DNA of 64,000 bases from Patescibacteria group bacterium (GTDB taxonomy: Bacteria; Patescibacteriota; Patescibacteriia; 2-01-FULL-39-33): NCBI GenBank assembly GCA_041671305.1, contig JBAZBX010000001.1, positions 40,821 to 104,820 on the forward strand, written 5' to 3'. Position numbers and translations under genes: made by a program. The notes beneath the pieces were generated by a model. The model searched no databases. It was not told the origin of the DNA and saw only the letters and a list, made by a program, of their open reading frames with translations. This document shows, in pieces, positions 55,006-64,000 of this stretch. The number at the start of each line of letters is the position of its first letter. The stretch's first letter is position 1.

Positions 55006-57504
55006 TTATTTACTTTTTGATAATTTTTTAATTATAGCTTGAAACTGGTTTCCTTTTTCTTCAAAATTTTTCCATAAGCTATAACTGGGCGAAGCCGTGG
55101 AAAGCAGGCATATCTCCCCCGCCTTGGTACTTACATAAGCGAATTTAACCGCCTCAGCCATGCTATCCGTAGACAAAATATTTAGTTTATTTTTTTGTTT
55201 GAATATCCTCTGACCACTATCCGGGAACAGCACCACATTCTTTATTCCGGATTTGATAATTATACCTTCTAATTCTTTAAAATCATATCCTCTATCTTCA
55301 CCGCCGAGAAAAATTGTGCCGACTCTCGGCAAAGATTTAATGGCCATTATGGTTGATTCCGGCGTAGTGGAAATGGCGTCATCATAAAATTTGATTTCGT
55401 TATATTCTCCCACAAATTCCAAACGATGCGACAATGGCCGAAAAGTCTTGATCGCTTTTTTTATTATCACATCTGAAATGCCCAAAATTTTTACTGCTTT
55501 AACGGCGGCTAGGATATTGTCTTGATTATGCTTGCCCAAAAGAACTGTCTCATAATTCGCTCTACCATTATTATAAGCAAAAATTTGAGCAATGGATTCT
55601 TTCGCCCATAATTTCAAACCGGCAAACTTGGAATTATAAATAAAATAATCAGACGGACTTTGATACTTGATAATATTTCTCTTGGCATCATGGTACTTTT
55701 CTACTCCACCATGATAAGTCATGTGATCGGCGTATAAATTCAAAACCACAGCAATATTGGGTGAGTATTCTATGTCATCCAATTGATAAGAGGATAATTC
55801 CAAAACAAAAATTTCTTTCGGATTAATCGGTTTCATCAGAACCTCCAACATGGGATTGCCAATATTACCCAACAAACGGACTTTCTTGCCGGCGGTCTTC
55901 AAAATATGATAAATGAGCGACGCGGTGGTTGATTTACCTTTGGTACCAGTAACCCCGATAGTGAAATTGCTGATTTGTGACAGAAAAATATTGGTAGCCG
56001 TGGTATAAGGAATGGTTAATTTTTCTTTGGTGAGTCCCGGGGTTCTGATGGCAAAATCATAATCTTTCTGCTTTTCTAAATAATCTTTACCCTGCTTTTG
56101 ATCCGCGATACCGATATTTAACCATGGATATTTCTTCGCCAAATACTGTTTGGTTATTTTTCCTTCATTTTCATAACCCATAATTAAAATATTCTTCAGT
56201 CCCAACAGTCTCTGTGAAACTGGCATATTTTTTACGTCCTGAAATTTCAATAATTCTTCTAGTTTCCCAGACTGAACAATTTTTGTGTTCAGATTTTTTA
56301 TAACATAATCAGACTTAAATTTGGGACTAGCCAAACGCATCGCCAACTTTATTTCCTCAAAAGTGCCCACACATTCAAACGGCTTCATCTTCCCCTCTCC
56401 AATCAAATCTTGATATAGGGGCAAAAGCAACTCGTCCGCATATAAATTCTTGCCAAATATTTTGATAACTTTATCCTTTGGCAGATATGCCGACAAAAGC
56501 GCAAAAACAAAGGCGCATTTCGGGCACTCTCCACACCACAATGTTTTCTGGCGTTCCTTGTTCGCTTTAAAATTTAAATTACAACTGGAGAATAAATGAT
56601 GGTATTTCTTATGCTGAGCAAACATCTGAGCTATGCGAATTTCGTAATATGGACGAAGCAAAGAATAATACTGAATATCCGGCGTGATAAATTTCCGGCA
56701 ATAATTTTGAAACAACTGTTCAAATTCCAAGGACTTGCTCCACTGGTGATTAATTTCCAATCCTTTGTATTTAATATTGCCAAAATTACTAGAATACTCA
56801 TTACCCACAACTACCTCGCCATAATCATATAATACTGCGCCCAAAAGTCCCATAAACGCGACTATAGCGCTAAAGGGAACATGACCATTATAAGCCTCAG
56901 GAAAAGTTTGAAATATCTTCGGATCTAATTTACGAATAATTGCCAGTTTGTCCGTACCGAGAGCTTTTATGGTTTTATCAATAATCGGCGAACCTTTTTC
57001 CGTTTCCATCACAAAAGAAGAAAACTTTTGTCCGGCTCGCTTCATGAGTTCTGCCACCACTATTGAATCCTTTCCTCCTCCGATGCCAACCAACGCCCTT
57101 TTCTGCCTCGGATATTTAATTGCCTGCGCCTGCGCTTTATTGTCGCTGGCAAAAACCGGAGAATTATTCGGATCCAAGTGATTGCGATAATAAAATTCTC
57201 CCAATCCCTTTTTGTAAACAATACCAAAAAATTCTGCCTGTTCTGATGTTAATTTGTACGGATGTATAACCTTCTTCGGGCAATATAATTTGTAATAGCT
57301 CAACCCCAAAATCAAGTGTAGAGAAGACAATAAATTCTTGAGTAATGGCTGAGGTACTGACTGAGGCGTCTTTGGTAGAATAATAGTTTCCGTAAACAAT
57401 AGTGGTTTGCCACTGAAAAAATTAATTTGGTAATTAAAATAAACCCGCCTTTGCGCCGGCTTAAATTGGTATGAGACAAATTCAAAACTTTTGGGTTTGG
57501 TCAT
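55006..57504 (-). CDS. murD: UDP-N-acetylmuramoylalanine--D-glutamate ligase fused to an N-terminal PP-loop ATP-pyrophosphatase-like domain
   Basis: The C-terminal ~400 aa are MurD (GVTGTKGKSTTASL P-loop). The N-terminal ~420 aa have GIGGGKDS (PP-loop SGGxDS-like) and C-x13-CGECPKC. One continuous 832-aa ORF. Confidence 0.75.
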   Translation of the reverse strand: MTKPKSFEFVSYQFKPAQRRVYFNYQINFFSGKPLLFTETIILPKTPQSVPQPLLKNLLSSLHLILGLSYYKLYCPKKVIHPYKLTSEQAEFFGIVYKKGLGEFYYRNHLDPNNSPVFASDNKAQAQAIKYPRQKRALVGIGGGKDSIVVAELMKRAGQKFSSFVMETEKGSPIIDKTIKALGTDKLAIIRKLDPKIFQTFPEAYNGHVPFSAIVAFMGLLGAVLYDYGEVVVGNEYSSNFGNIKYKGLEINHQWSKSLEFEQLFQNYCRKFITPDIQYYSLLRPYYEIRIAQMFAQHKKYHHLFSSCNLNFKANKERQKTLWCGECPKCAFVFALLSAYLPKDKVIKIFGKNLYADELLLPLYQDLIGEGKMKPFECVGTFEEIKLAMRLASPKFKSDYVIKNLNTKIVQSGKLEELLKFQDVKNMPVSQRLLGLKNILIMGYENEGKITKQYLAKKYPWLNIGIADQKQGKDYLEKQKDYDFAIRTPGLTKEKLTIPYTTATNIFLSQISNFTIGVTGTKGKSTTASLIYHILKTAGKKVRLLGNIGNPMLEVLMKPINPKEIFVLELSSYQLDDIEYSPNIAVVLNLYADHMTYHGGVEKYHDAKRNIIKYQSPSDYFIYNSKFAGLKLWAKESIAQIFAYNNGRANYETVLLGKHNQDNILAAVKAVKILGISDVIIKKAIKTFRPLSHRLEFVGEYNEIKFYDDAISTTPESTIMAIKSLPRVGTIFLGGEDRGYDFKELEGIIIKSGIKNVVLFPDSGQRIFKQKNKLNILSTDSMAEAVKFAYVSTKAGEICLLSTASPSYSLWKNFEEKGNQFQAIIKKLSKSK

Positions 57505-57543
57505 TTTGTCTTTTAATTCTTAATTGCCCATTCTTAATTAATC

Positions 57544-58599
57544 CTAGTGCCACCCTCCCCTATCCATTAGAAAAATTACCAAGCCAATAACGGAAGTCAT
57601 GGCAGAAATGACCCAAAAACGCATGACCACTTTGGCTTCCGGCCAGCCTTTGGCTTCAAAATGATGATGAATCGGAGTAGAGAGAAAAACCTTTTTGCCT
57701 TTACGTAATTTTTTGGAAATCACTTGGATGATGACCGAGCCGGATTCCACCACAAACATAAATCCAATTATGGGCAAAAGTAAAATGGAATTAGTGAGAA
57801 TGGCGATAATCGCCAGTGTCACACCAAGAGCCATCGCTCCGGTATCGCCCATAAAAAACCTGGCCGGCGTAATATTGAACCACAAGAAAGCAAGAAGCGC
57901 GCCAATTATAACTGCACAGAATGTAGCTAGATCATATTTGCCTTGAGCAAAAGCTATAGCGCCGAAGGACGCAAACGCGGCCAAAAGCGTCCCGCCAGAC
58001 AAACCGTCAAGTCCGTCAATTTCATTGACCGAGAAAGCCGTGCCTACGATGACAAAAATTACAAAAGGAATAAACCACCAGCCAATTTCAAAATTTCCCA
58101 CAAAAGGAATTCTGACTATATCCCAATCCAACCGGAAATAAAACCACAGTGCCGCGATAACCGCTATGGTCGTATACACCGCCAACCTATACTTTACTGA
58201 CAGACCTCCACCATAAAGACCAATTTTTCTGACATTGAGATAATCATCAAAAAGTCCTACGATGGCGGCGGCAATTAAAGCGCCCAAAGGAAGCAAGGTC
58301 TGCGGTCTGGTTAGAAAATTCAAATCCGTAAAAACATGATCAAACCACTTGCCAAAATAAAAGAAAAAAACTGACATCAGAAGCACGGTCAGCCAAATAA
58401 GAATTCCGCCCATGGTCGGCGTGCCCGATTTTTTCTGATGGAGAGAGAAAAAAATAGGAGCCTTGTCCGAAGTCCTTATCTGTTTTCCTAATTTATATTT
58501 ATACAAAAAATGCGTCAGGATGGGCGTCATAGCAAAAGCAATCGCAAAAGAAAGAAAAGCGAGCAAAAAAATCCTCATGACGGCGAAGTTTAAGTCCAT
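57544..58599 (-). CDS. mraY: Phospho-N-acetylmuramoyl-pentapeptide-transferase
   Basis: TPTMGG motif; multi-TM; HHHFE; 351 aa. Confidence 0.95.
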   Translation of the reverse strand: MDLNFAVMRIFLLAFLSFAIAFAMTPILTHFLYKYKLGKQIRTSDKAPIFFSLHQKKSGTPTMGGILIWLTVLLMSVFFFYFGKWFDHVFTDLNFLTRPQTLLPLGALIAAAIVGLFDDYLNVRKIGLYGGGLSVKYRLAVYTTIAVIAALWFYFRLDWDIVRIPFVGNFEIGWWFIPFVIFVIVGTAFSVNEIDGLDGLSGGTLLAAFASFGAIAFAQGKYDLATFCAVIIGALLAFLWFNITPARFFMGDTGAMALGVTLAIIAILTNSILLLPIIGFMFVVESGSVIIQVISKKLRKGKKVFLSTPIHHHFEAKGWPEAKVVMRFWVISAMTSVIGLVIFLMDRGGWH

Positions 58600-58601
58600 A
58601 T

Positions 58602-58976
58602 TTAGAGATTTATATATATTAGAAGGAAGCAGGCTAAAGCCAAAATTAAATTAAAAATCAAAGCTGAAACTGACAAAAAATGGCTCAACGCCTGTTTTTT
58701 CAAATAAAAGTAAAAAGACAACAAGAAGTTTACACCGATAACAAGCAATCCCAAAAATGGCGGAATTAAAATCTTGTACCAAATATCCAAATCACTGATT
58801 CCGAAATATACATTATAATGCAAGATTATATACTCTGGGGCGCTAAAAAATTTGACCAAATAAGCCGCCCAAACGGCTATATTGATTATTAATGCTAAAA
58901 TTAGGCTAATTAGAATAATCCTATCCCTTTTGGCCGGACTAGTGGTGATTAATTCCCTAAATTTGAAAAAAATCAT
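58602..58976 (-). CDS. Hypothetical polytopic membrane protein
   Basis: 124 aa with four hydrophobic helices, immediately upstream of mraY. Confidence 0.35.
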   Translation of the reverse strand: MIFFKFRELITTSPAKRDRIILISLILALIINIAVWAAYLVKFFSAPEYIILHYNVYFGISDLDIWYKILIPPFLGLLVIGVNFLLSFYFYLKKQALSHFLSVSALIFNLILALACFLLIYINL

Positions 58977-59132
58977 ATTGTTGATAAATGTTTAAATATA
59001 TTATAAATGTTTTTAGCATTTTCTTCAACTATTGACATTTTTTGATATTTATGTTAATCTCAAAAGTTGACTTTTCATTCCAACTGTTAATTACTTAATT
59101 TAATATAAATATTATCTAAATTTACAAATTAT

Positions 59133-59900
59133 ATGCATAAAGATTCTGCCATAAATACTAGAAATATATTGACTATTATATTCATAGCCATCTTGGTTAT
59201 GGGTATAACTTTGGGAACTAGCATTTTTATAACTCCCAAATACAAAGCCACTTCCAAATTAATCGTTGTTTTTAACCAGGGCAATATTGATGCTTATACC
59301 GCCTCCAAAAACTCCAGTTACATCACCAGCATTTTGGCCGAAGTAGTATACTCCAATTCATTTATTGGAGATGTCTTGACCAATAATTATAATCTCAAAG
59401 ATAATCTGGGCATGACCAATGAAGCCAGACAGAAATCTTGGAAAAAAATGATTAAAATTTCCACTCTTGATGCGCAAGGCATAATCATCGTTGATTCTTA
59501 CAACAACGACAAATATCAGGCTTATCAGTTCGCTCAATCCGTGAGCGCCGTACTTATGAGCAGTCATGGCCAGTATGATGGATTCGGCGACAAGGTTATT
59601 ATCAAGCAAATTGATAATTCCAGCTTAAGCGACAACTGGTATCCTTTGCAAATAATCAAAAACACTATCTTGGGATTTTTGGCCGGATTGTTTTTGGGCA
59701 TTACTTTCATTGTAATTTTTCCTCAACAGCAAATATTTAAAATCTTCTCGTTTAATCTTGATAGAATCAGAGAAAATGAAACTATCGGACTTGAGCAGTA
59801 TAATTACAATAGCAACATCCAGCCATACAGCGCAGATTGGATGAATTATAATCAGTCTCAACCAAAAGAACAGGATCAAGAATCAAATCGGGATTCCTAA
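59133..59900 (+). CDS. Wzz-like polysaccharide chain-length determinant / co-polymerase-like protein
   Basis: Bitopic: N-terminal TM, ~170-aa exposed domain, C-terminal TM (GFLAGLFLGITFIVIF). Located in a polysaccharide locus. Confidence 0.5.
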   Translation: MHKDSAINTRNILTIIFIAILVMGITLGTSIFITPKYKATSKLIVVFNQGNIDAYTASKNSSYITSILAEVVYSNSFIGDVLTNNYNLKDNLGMTNEARQKSWKKMIKISTLDAQGIIIVDSYNNDKYQAYQFAQSVSAVLMSSHGQYDGFGDKVIIKQIDNSSLSDNWYPLQIIKNTILGFLAGLFLGITFIVIFPQQQIFKIFSFNLDRIRENETIGLEQYNYNSNIQPYSADWMNYNQSQPKEQDQESNRDS

Positions 59901-59912
59901 ATTGCAAATTCC

Positions 59913-61412
59913 ATGAATATACTACGCAGCACAATGATTGGCCCGAATGAGTCAGTCAATTCTTTGAGCAAGCAAGCGGTAATCGCCTTTATTTATCTGG
60001 CCATTATTACTGTGCTGTATTTGTATTTCGGACTTTCACTTCCTCTTTATCTTCTCTTCATCCTGATGTCGGCCATATTTATCATGCCGTCATCCTATTA
60101 TCTTGGCCTGTCCCTGATGGTGGTTCTAACCATGGTTTTTGAAAAATTCTTTACCTTGGAATCGCTTACTATCGGCAGAGAAATTTATAAATTATATCCG
60201 ATAGACATAATTATGGCTTTTACTATTCTGGCTCTATTTATAGCAGTCAGAATAAACAAAGAAAAAATAAAATGGCTTTTTGGGTGGCCGGAAAAATTAT
60301 TGGTATTTTTCCTCTTTTTGGTAGCCGCTTATCTGATCAGATCCTTCTTTGATATTAATGCCAACTTCGCTTCCGCCTTCTCCTCATTCAAAAATTATTT
60401 TTGGTACCCGCTCATATACTTTATGGTTATCTATGCCATACAAACGCCACAGAGACTCAAAAATTTTGTCCACATCATGTTGCTTTGCGGAATAGGTATC
60501 ATCGGATTTCTAGCTTACGGTATTATAAACGGCCAGGGTCTTTGGACAGAATTTACTCCCCTATCTACCTCCGGTATTAGAATCTTGGCGGGCACTCATG
60601 CTTTTTATCTTTGCATCACTTTTGTCATTGCGCTGAGCCTACTTACATTTGAAAGATTTCAAAACAAAAATTTTACCCAAGCCATACTTTGGATTTGGGC
60701 CATAGGAATTATCGGTTCCATGATGAGACATCTATGGCTAGGTTTTGGCGTAGGATTGATAATTCTATTTGCCTTCCTACCCAAAAAAAATAAGAAAAAC
60801 TTGATAAGCTATGGCGCAAAAAATATATTAATCGCCTTAACTGTAATCTTATTGATAATTCTATTATCTAGTGTAATTGTCACCGGCGGATCTACTTCTG
60901 GAAATGATCAATTTTTTACCAGTTTGCAAAATCGTGCCGTATCATTTCTCAATACCAGCGATGACACCAGTGCCACTTGGAGACTTGATCTGTGGCGTGA
61001 TGCCAAAAACAAATGGCTAGACAACCCTTTATGGGGCGTAGGCTATGGAAAAACTTTATCACTAGAGACATTTGACTGGCACACCTATGAGGAAATCAGA
61101 AACTTGCATAATTCTCCTTTGGCTATCGCCGTACAGATGGGCGCTTTGGGACTAGTGGCTTTCTTGATATTCTGTGTCGGCGTGCTAGTATCCAGTTTCA
61201 AATACATCTACAAAGATCCGGAACTAACTCCGTATTATATTGGAATTATTGCCGCCATTGCCATTATGGGTTTTGCCAGTTTATTCCAGCCGTATCTGGA
61301 AGCCAACTTTACGGGAATCTTTTTGTGGCTAATGCTAGGATTACTAGGAACCAGCAGAATAATTAATTCTTCAAAAGATAAGGAATTAGAAACAGATCAA
61401 AAGACAAATTAA
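59913..61412 (+). CDS. O-antigen ligase / Wzy_C-family polymerase-like membrane protein
   Basis: About 12 TM helices and a large exposed loop with a NLHNSPLAIAVQMGALG (Wzy_C-like) segment. Confidence 0.65.
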   Translation: MNILRSTMIGPNESVNSLSKQAVIAFIYLAIITVLYLYFGLSLPLYLLFILMSAIFIMPSSYYLGLSLMVVLTMVFEKFFTLESLTIGREIYKLYPIDIIMAFTILALFIAVRINKEKIKWLFGWPEKLLVFFLFLVAAYLIRSFFDINANFASAFSSFKNYFWYPLIYFMVIYAIQTPQRLKNFVHIMLLCGIGIIGFLAYGIINGQGLWTEFTPLSTSGIRILAGTHAFYLCITFVIALSLLTFERFQNKNFTQAILWIWAIGIIGSMMRHLWLGFGVGLIILFAFLPKKNKKNLISYGAKNILIALTVILLIILLSSVIVTGGSTSGNDQFFTSLQNRAVSFLNTSDDTSATWRLDLWRDAKNKWLDNPLWGVGYGKTLSLETFDWHTYEEIRNLHNSPLAIAVQMGALGLVAFLIFCVGVLVSSFKYIYKDPELTPYYIGIIAAIAIMGFASLFQPYLEANFTGIFLWLMLGLLGTSRIINSSKDKELETDQKTN

Positions 61413-61416
61413 TCAT

Positions 61417-62595
61417 ATGAAAATACTTCAAATTAATAAATTTCTTTATCCGCATGGCGGAGCAGAAACTTATCTTCTCAACCTAAGCCGTCTTCTTGAG
61501 CAAAACGGCCATGAGGTGATTTATTTTTCACAAAAAATTTCCAAAAATATTCCTTGTTCTCAAGAAAAATATTTTTTATCTAATTTGGAACTGGATAAAT
61601 TCCACTGGAAGACTCTTTGGAGATTGGGAAGAATTTTCTGGTCCTTTGAAGCCAGCAGAAAAATTAAAAAGTTAATTGACCAGGAAAAGCCGGACATAGT
61701 TCACATCCACAATATCTATCATCAAATTTCACCTTCTATCTTGCATGTGATTAAACGCGCCGGCATACCAATTGTGATGACCGCTCATGATTACAAATTA
61801 ATCAGACCGGATTACATCTTGCGAGCAGACGGCAAAAAGGTAAAGCCCAAGGACTCCACTCTGGTACAAATTCTTTTGTCAGCTGAATTTTATTTCCATA
61901 GAATAATTAATGTCTATTCCAAAAATATAAAACTATTCCTTACGCCTTCAAAATTTTTGAAAGATAAATTAATAAAAAAGGATTATTTGTCTGTGGAAGC
62001 TGTCCCATTATTCATTGATTTGGCCGATTACCCGGAATTTGAGACTGACCGAATCAGTCCATATATCATTTTTTTCGGAAGACTACATGAAAGCAAAGGC
62101 GCTGACGTTTTGATTAATGCTCTAGCCAAAGTACGTAATAAAGATATAAAATTAAAGTTAGCAGGAGCCGGACCGGAAGAAGACGGTTTGAAAGCCTTAG
62201 CTGACGAACTGAAAATATCCGATCGCGTAGAATTTACGGGACATAAAAGCAAAAAAGAGCTGATAGAGCTTATCGGCAAAAGCATGTTTGCCGTGGTGCC
62301 ATCAAGATTTCATGAAACCTTCGGGCTAAGCGTTTTGGAGAGTTTTGCCTGTGGCAAACCGGTTATTGCCACGAGAGCTGGCGCCGTTCCAGAACTGATA
62401 AATGAGAACAACGGCATATTGTTTGAAGTGGATAATGTGAAAGAATTGTCACTTGCCATAGACAAAATATTGGACGATCCCATCCTGTTGGAAAAAATGT
62501 CTCAAGAAGGCAAAAAGACTGCTCAAGAATTTTCACCCGAAAAGCATTACCAGAAAATAAACGAAATATATAATGAAGCTGTCAGAAATAAATAA
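61417..62595 (+). CDS. GT4-family glycosyltransferase
   Basis: E-x7-E region VPSRFHETFGLSVLESFACGKPVIAT. Confidence 0.85.
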   Translation: MKILQINKFLYPHGGAETYLLNLSRLLEQNGHEVIYFSQKISKNIPCSQEKYFLSNLELDKFHWKTLWRLGRIFWSFEASRKIKKLIDQEKPDIVHIHNIYHQISPSILHVIKRAGIPIVMTAHDYKLIRPDYILRADGKKVKPKDSTLVQILLSAEFYFHRIINVYSKNIKLFLTPSKFLKDKLIKKDYLSVEAVPLFIDLADYPEFETDRISPYIIFFGRLHESKGADVLINALAKVRNKDIKLKLAGAGPEEDGLKALADELKISDRVEFTGHKSKKELIELIGKSMFAVVPSRFHETFGLSVLESFACGKPVIATRAGAVPELINENNGILFEVDNVKELSLAIDKILDDPILLEKMSQEGKKTAQEFSPEKHYQKINEIYNEAVRNK

Positions 62596-64000
62596 AAAAG
62601 AGTGGTTTAGAATTATTCTCCTGATAATCATTTTTATAGGAGCGATAATTTATTTCCTTCATCCTACTCTATTTGTTGAACCGGGATTGTCTTATAATGC
62701 TCCAACTCATGACTATCCTCGTATTGCTAATTTGTATTGGAAAGCTCCCATTACCACAGCCACTGCCGAGGAATTATCCAAGTGGGATTTATTGGTACTG
62801 GATCTCTCGGCGCAAAATGAAAGCGCCGAAGCCATCAGATATTTGCGCAAATTGAATCCAAATATAATTATCCTGGCATACGCTTCAGCTACTGAAGAGC
62901 CCAAAGAGAGACTTTCCATCAGGGAACCAAAGGGCGTGGGAGTTTGGTGCGATTTGACTTCGGGCATAAAATCTCAGTGGCAACTCAAAACCTGCCAGGG
63001 ACAAGATATTTCTTGGTGGCCGGGCAACACCTCTCTTAACCTCTGCGCCAAAGATGAAAACAATAGAACTTACGCTGATTATTTGTCTCAATTTTTGAAT
63101 GACAAAGTTTTGAGTACGGGATTGTGGGATGGAATTATTTTTGATACCACCTGGGATGAGATTGCTTGGAAAAACAACAACATAGATATTGACGGCGACG
63201 GACGCAAAGACAGTGTAGAAAAAATAAATTCCATGTGGCGATCGTGCCATAATAATTTTTTTGACCAACTTCGCAAAAAAGCCGGATCCAAATATTTATT
63301 GCTAAGCAATGGCAATGGATCATATTCCAGCAAGCTCAACGGCCGAATGTTTGAAGGCTTTCCGGAAATTTCAGAAGGCGCCTGGGTCGGCTCAGTTCAA
63401 AAATATGCTCAAACCAATAATAACGGACTGTCTCCTCGCATAAATATTATTAATTCCGATACCAATAACACCGGCAATAGTAAAAATTACCAAGCCATGA
63501 GACTGGGACTGGGAAGCGCCTTGCTATACAACGGTTATTTCAGTTTTGATTATGGCACACAGCTTAGAGAACAATTATGGTATTATGATGAATATGACGC
63601 CAATCTGGGACAACCCAAAAGCCAGCCTTTTAATTTATTGGATCAGAATAATTCCACAATCAAAGAAGGTCTCTGGCAAAGAGATTTTGCTAATGGCTTA
63701 GTGATAGTAAATGCTACCAGCAAGAAACAAAGCGTTAAATTTGACAGCGAATATGAAAAAATCCATGGCACTCAGGATACTATAATTAATGACGGTTCCA
63801 TTGTGGACTCTCTTTCCCTTAATCCCTGGGACTCCATCATATTACTTCGTCCCATAAATCAGATAGATAATCAGGTATTTGTTAATGGTTCTTTTGTCAG
63901 AGTTTTCAATAAATCAGGAGTAAATACCAGAACCGGTTTTTTCGCTTATAATTCCAAATTCCGAGGCGGAACCAAAATAATTTCTACCGACATAGATAAT
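62574..64000 (+). CDS. Membrane-anchored extracytoplasmic protein, possibly glycoside-hydrolase-like; 3' partial, not in the ORF track
   Basis: Frame open by manual translation from ATG 62574 to the end of the window (at least 475 codons). N-terminal TM (IILLIIIFIGAIIYF). Overlaps the GT4 stop by 22 nt. Confidence 0.5.

Overview
This window is AT-rich (about 35% GC by eye). It has small genes and a streamlined gene set that suggests a CPR/Patescibacteria-like bacterium. That placement is an inference from gene content and composition only.

Core content, mostly on the minus strand:
- A split dcw cell-wall cluster: mraZ-rsmH-ftsL-ftsI-murF at 27-32 kb, and mraY, a PP-loop::murD fusion, ftsW, murG, murC and murB at 50-58.6 kb.
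- rplJ-rplL, secA, hpf, dnaX, cysS, dus, metA, a leuA/cimA-family gene, mutM, uppP, mltG and an ABC-F ATPase.
- Nudix, CYTH, DUF1653 and MazG small enzymes.
- A Wzz / O-antigen-ligase / GT4 polysaccharide locus at the 3' end.
- One tRNA-Gln(CUG). No rRNA or CRISPR was seen.

The most unusual region is 6.9-11.1 kb. A large serine recombinase gene has a 3' end that overlaps tRNA-Gln on the opposite strand. Next to it lies a 1.43-kb two-gene cassette (an XRE HTH regulator plus a 348-aa orphan protein). The cassette is flanked by perfectly identical 118-bp inverted repeats. Around the right-hand repeat are nested 27-bp inverted repeats, a 20-bp perfect dyad site with an asymmetric AC core, and order-swapped inverted copies of the recombinase 3' end and tRNA flank. 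A 440-nt GC-rich, pseudoknotted, apparently non-coding segment lies just upstream. Together this looks like a recombinase-driven invertible or integrative module.

A second notable feature is a ~180-nt GC-rich structured element present twice in direct orientation (13.3 kb and 23.8 kb). It has compensatory substitutions in a terminal hairpin. Each copy sits directly upstream of a plus-strand operon: a GC-rich two-gene island at 13.7-14.6 kb, and metA.

Several GC-rich islands of small orphan genes suggest horizontal acquisition. An 89-bp GC-rich imperfect palindrome is inserted in-frame in dus (RPE-like). There is also an orphan TraD/TrwB-like coupling ATPase with a small partner gene.
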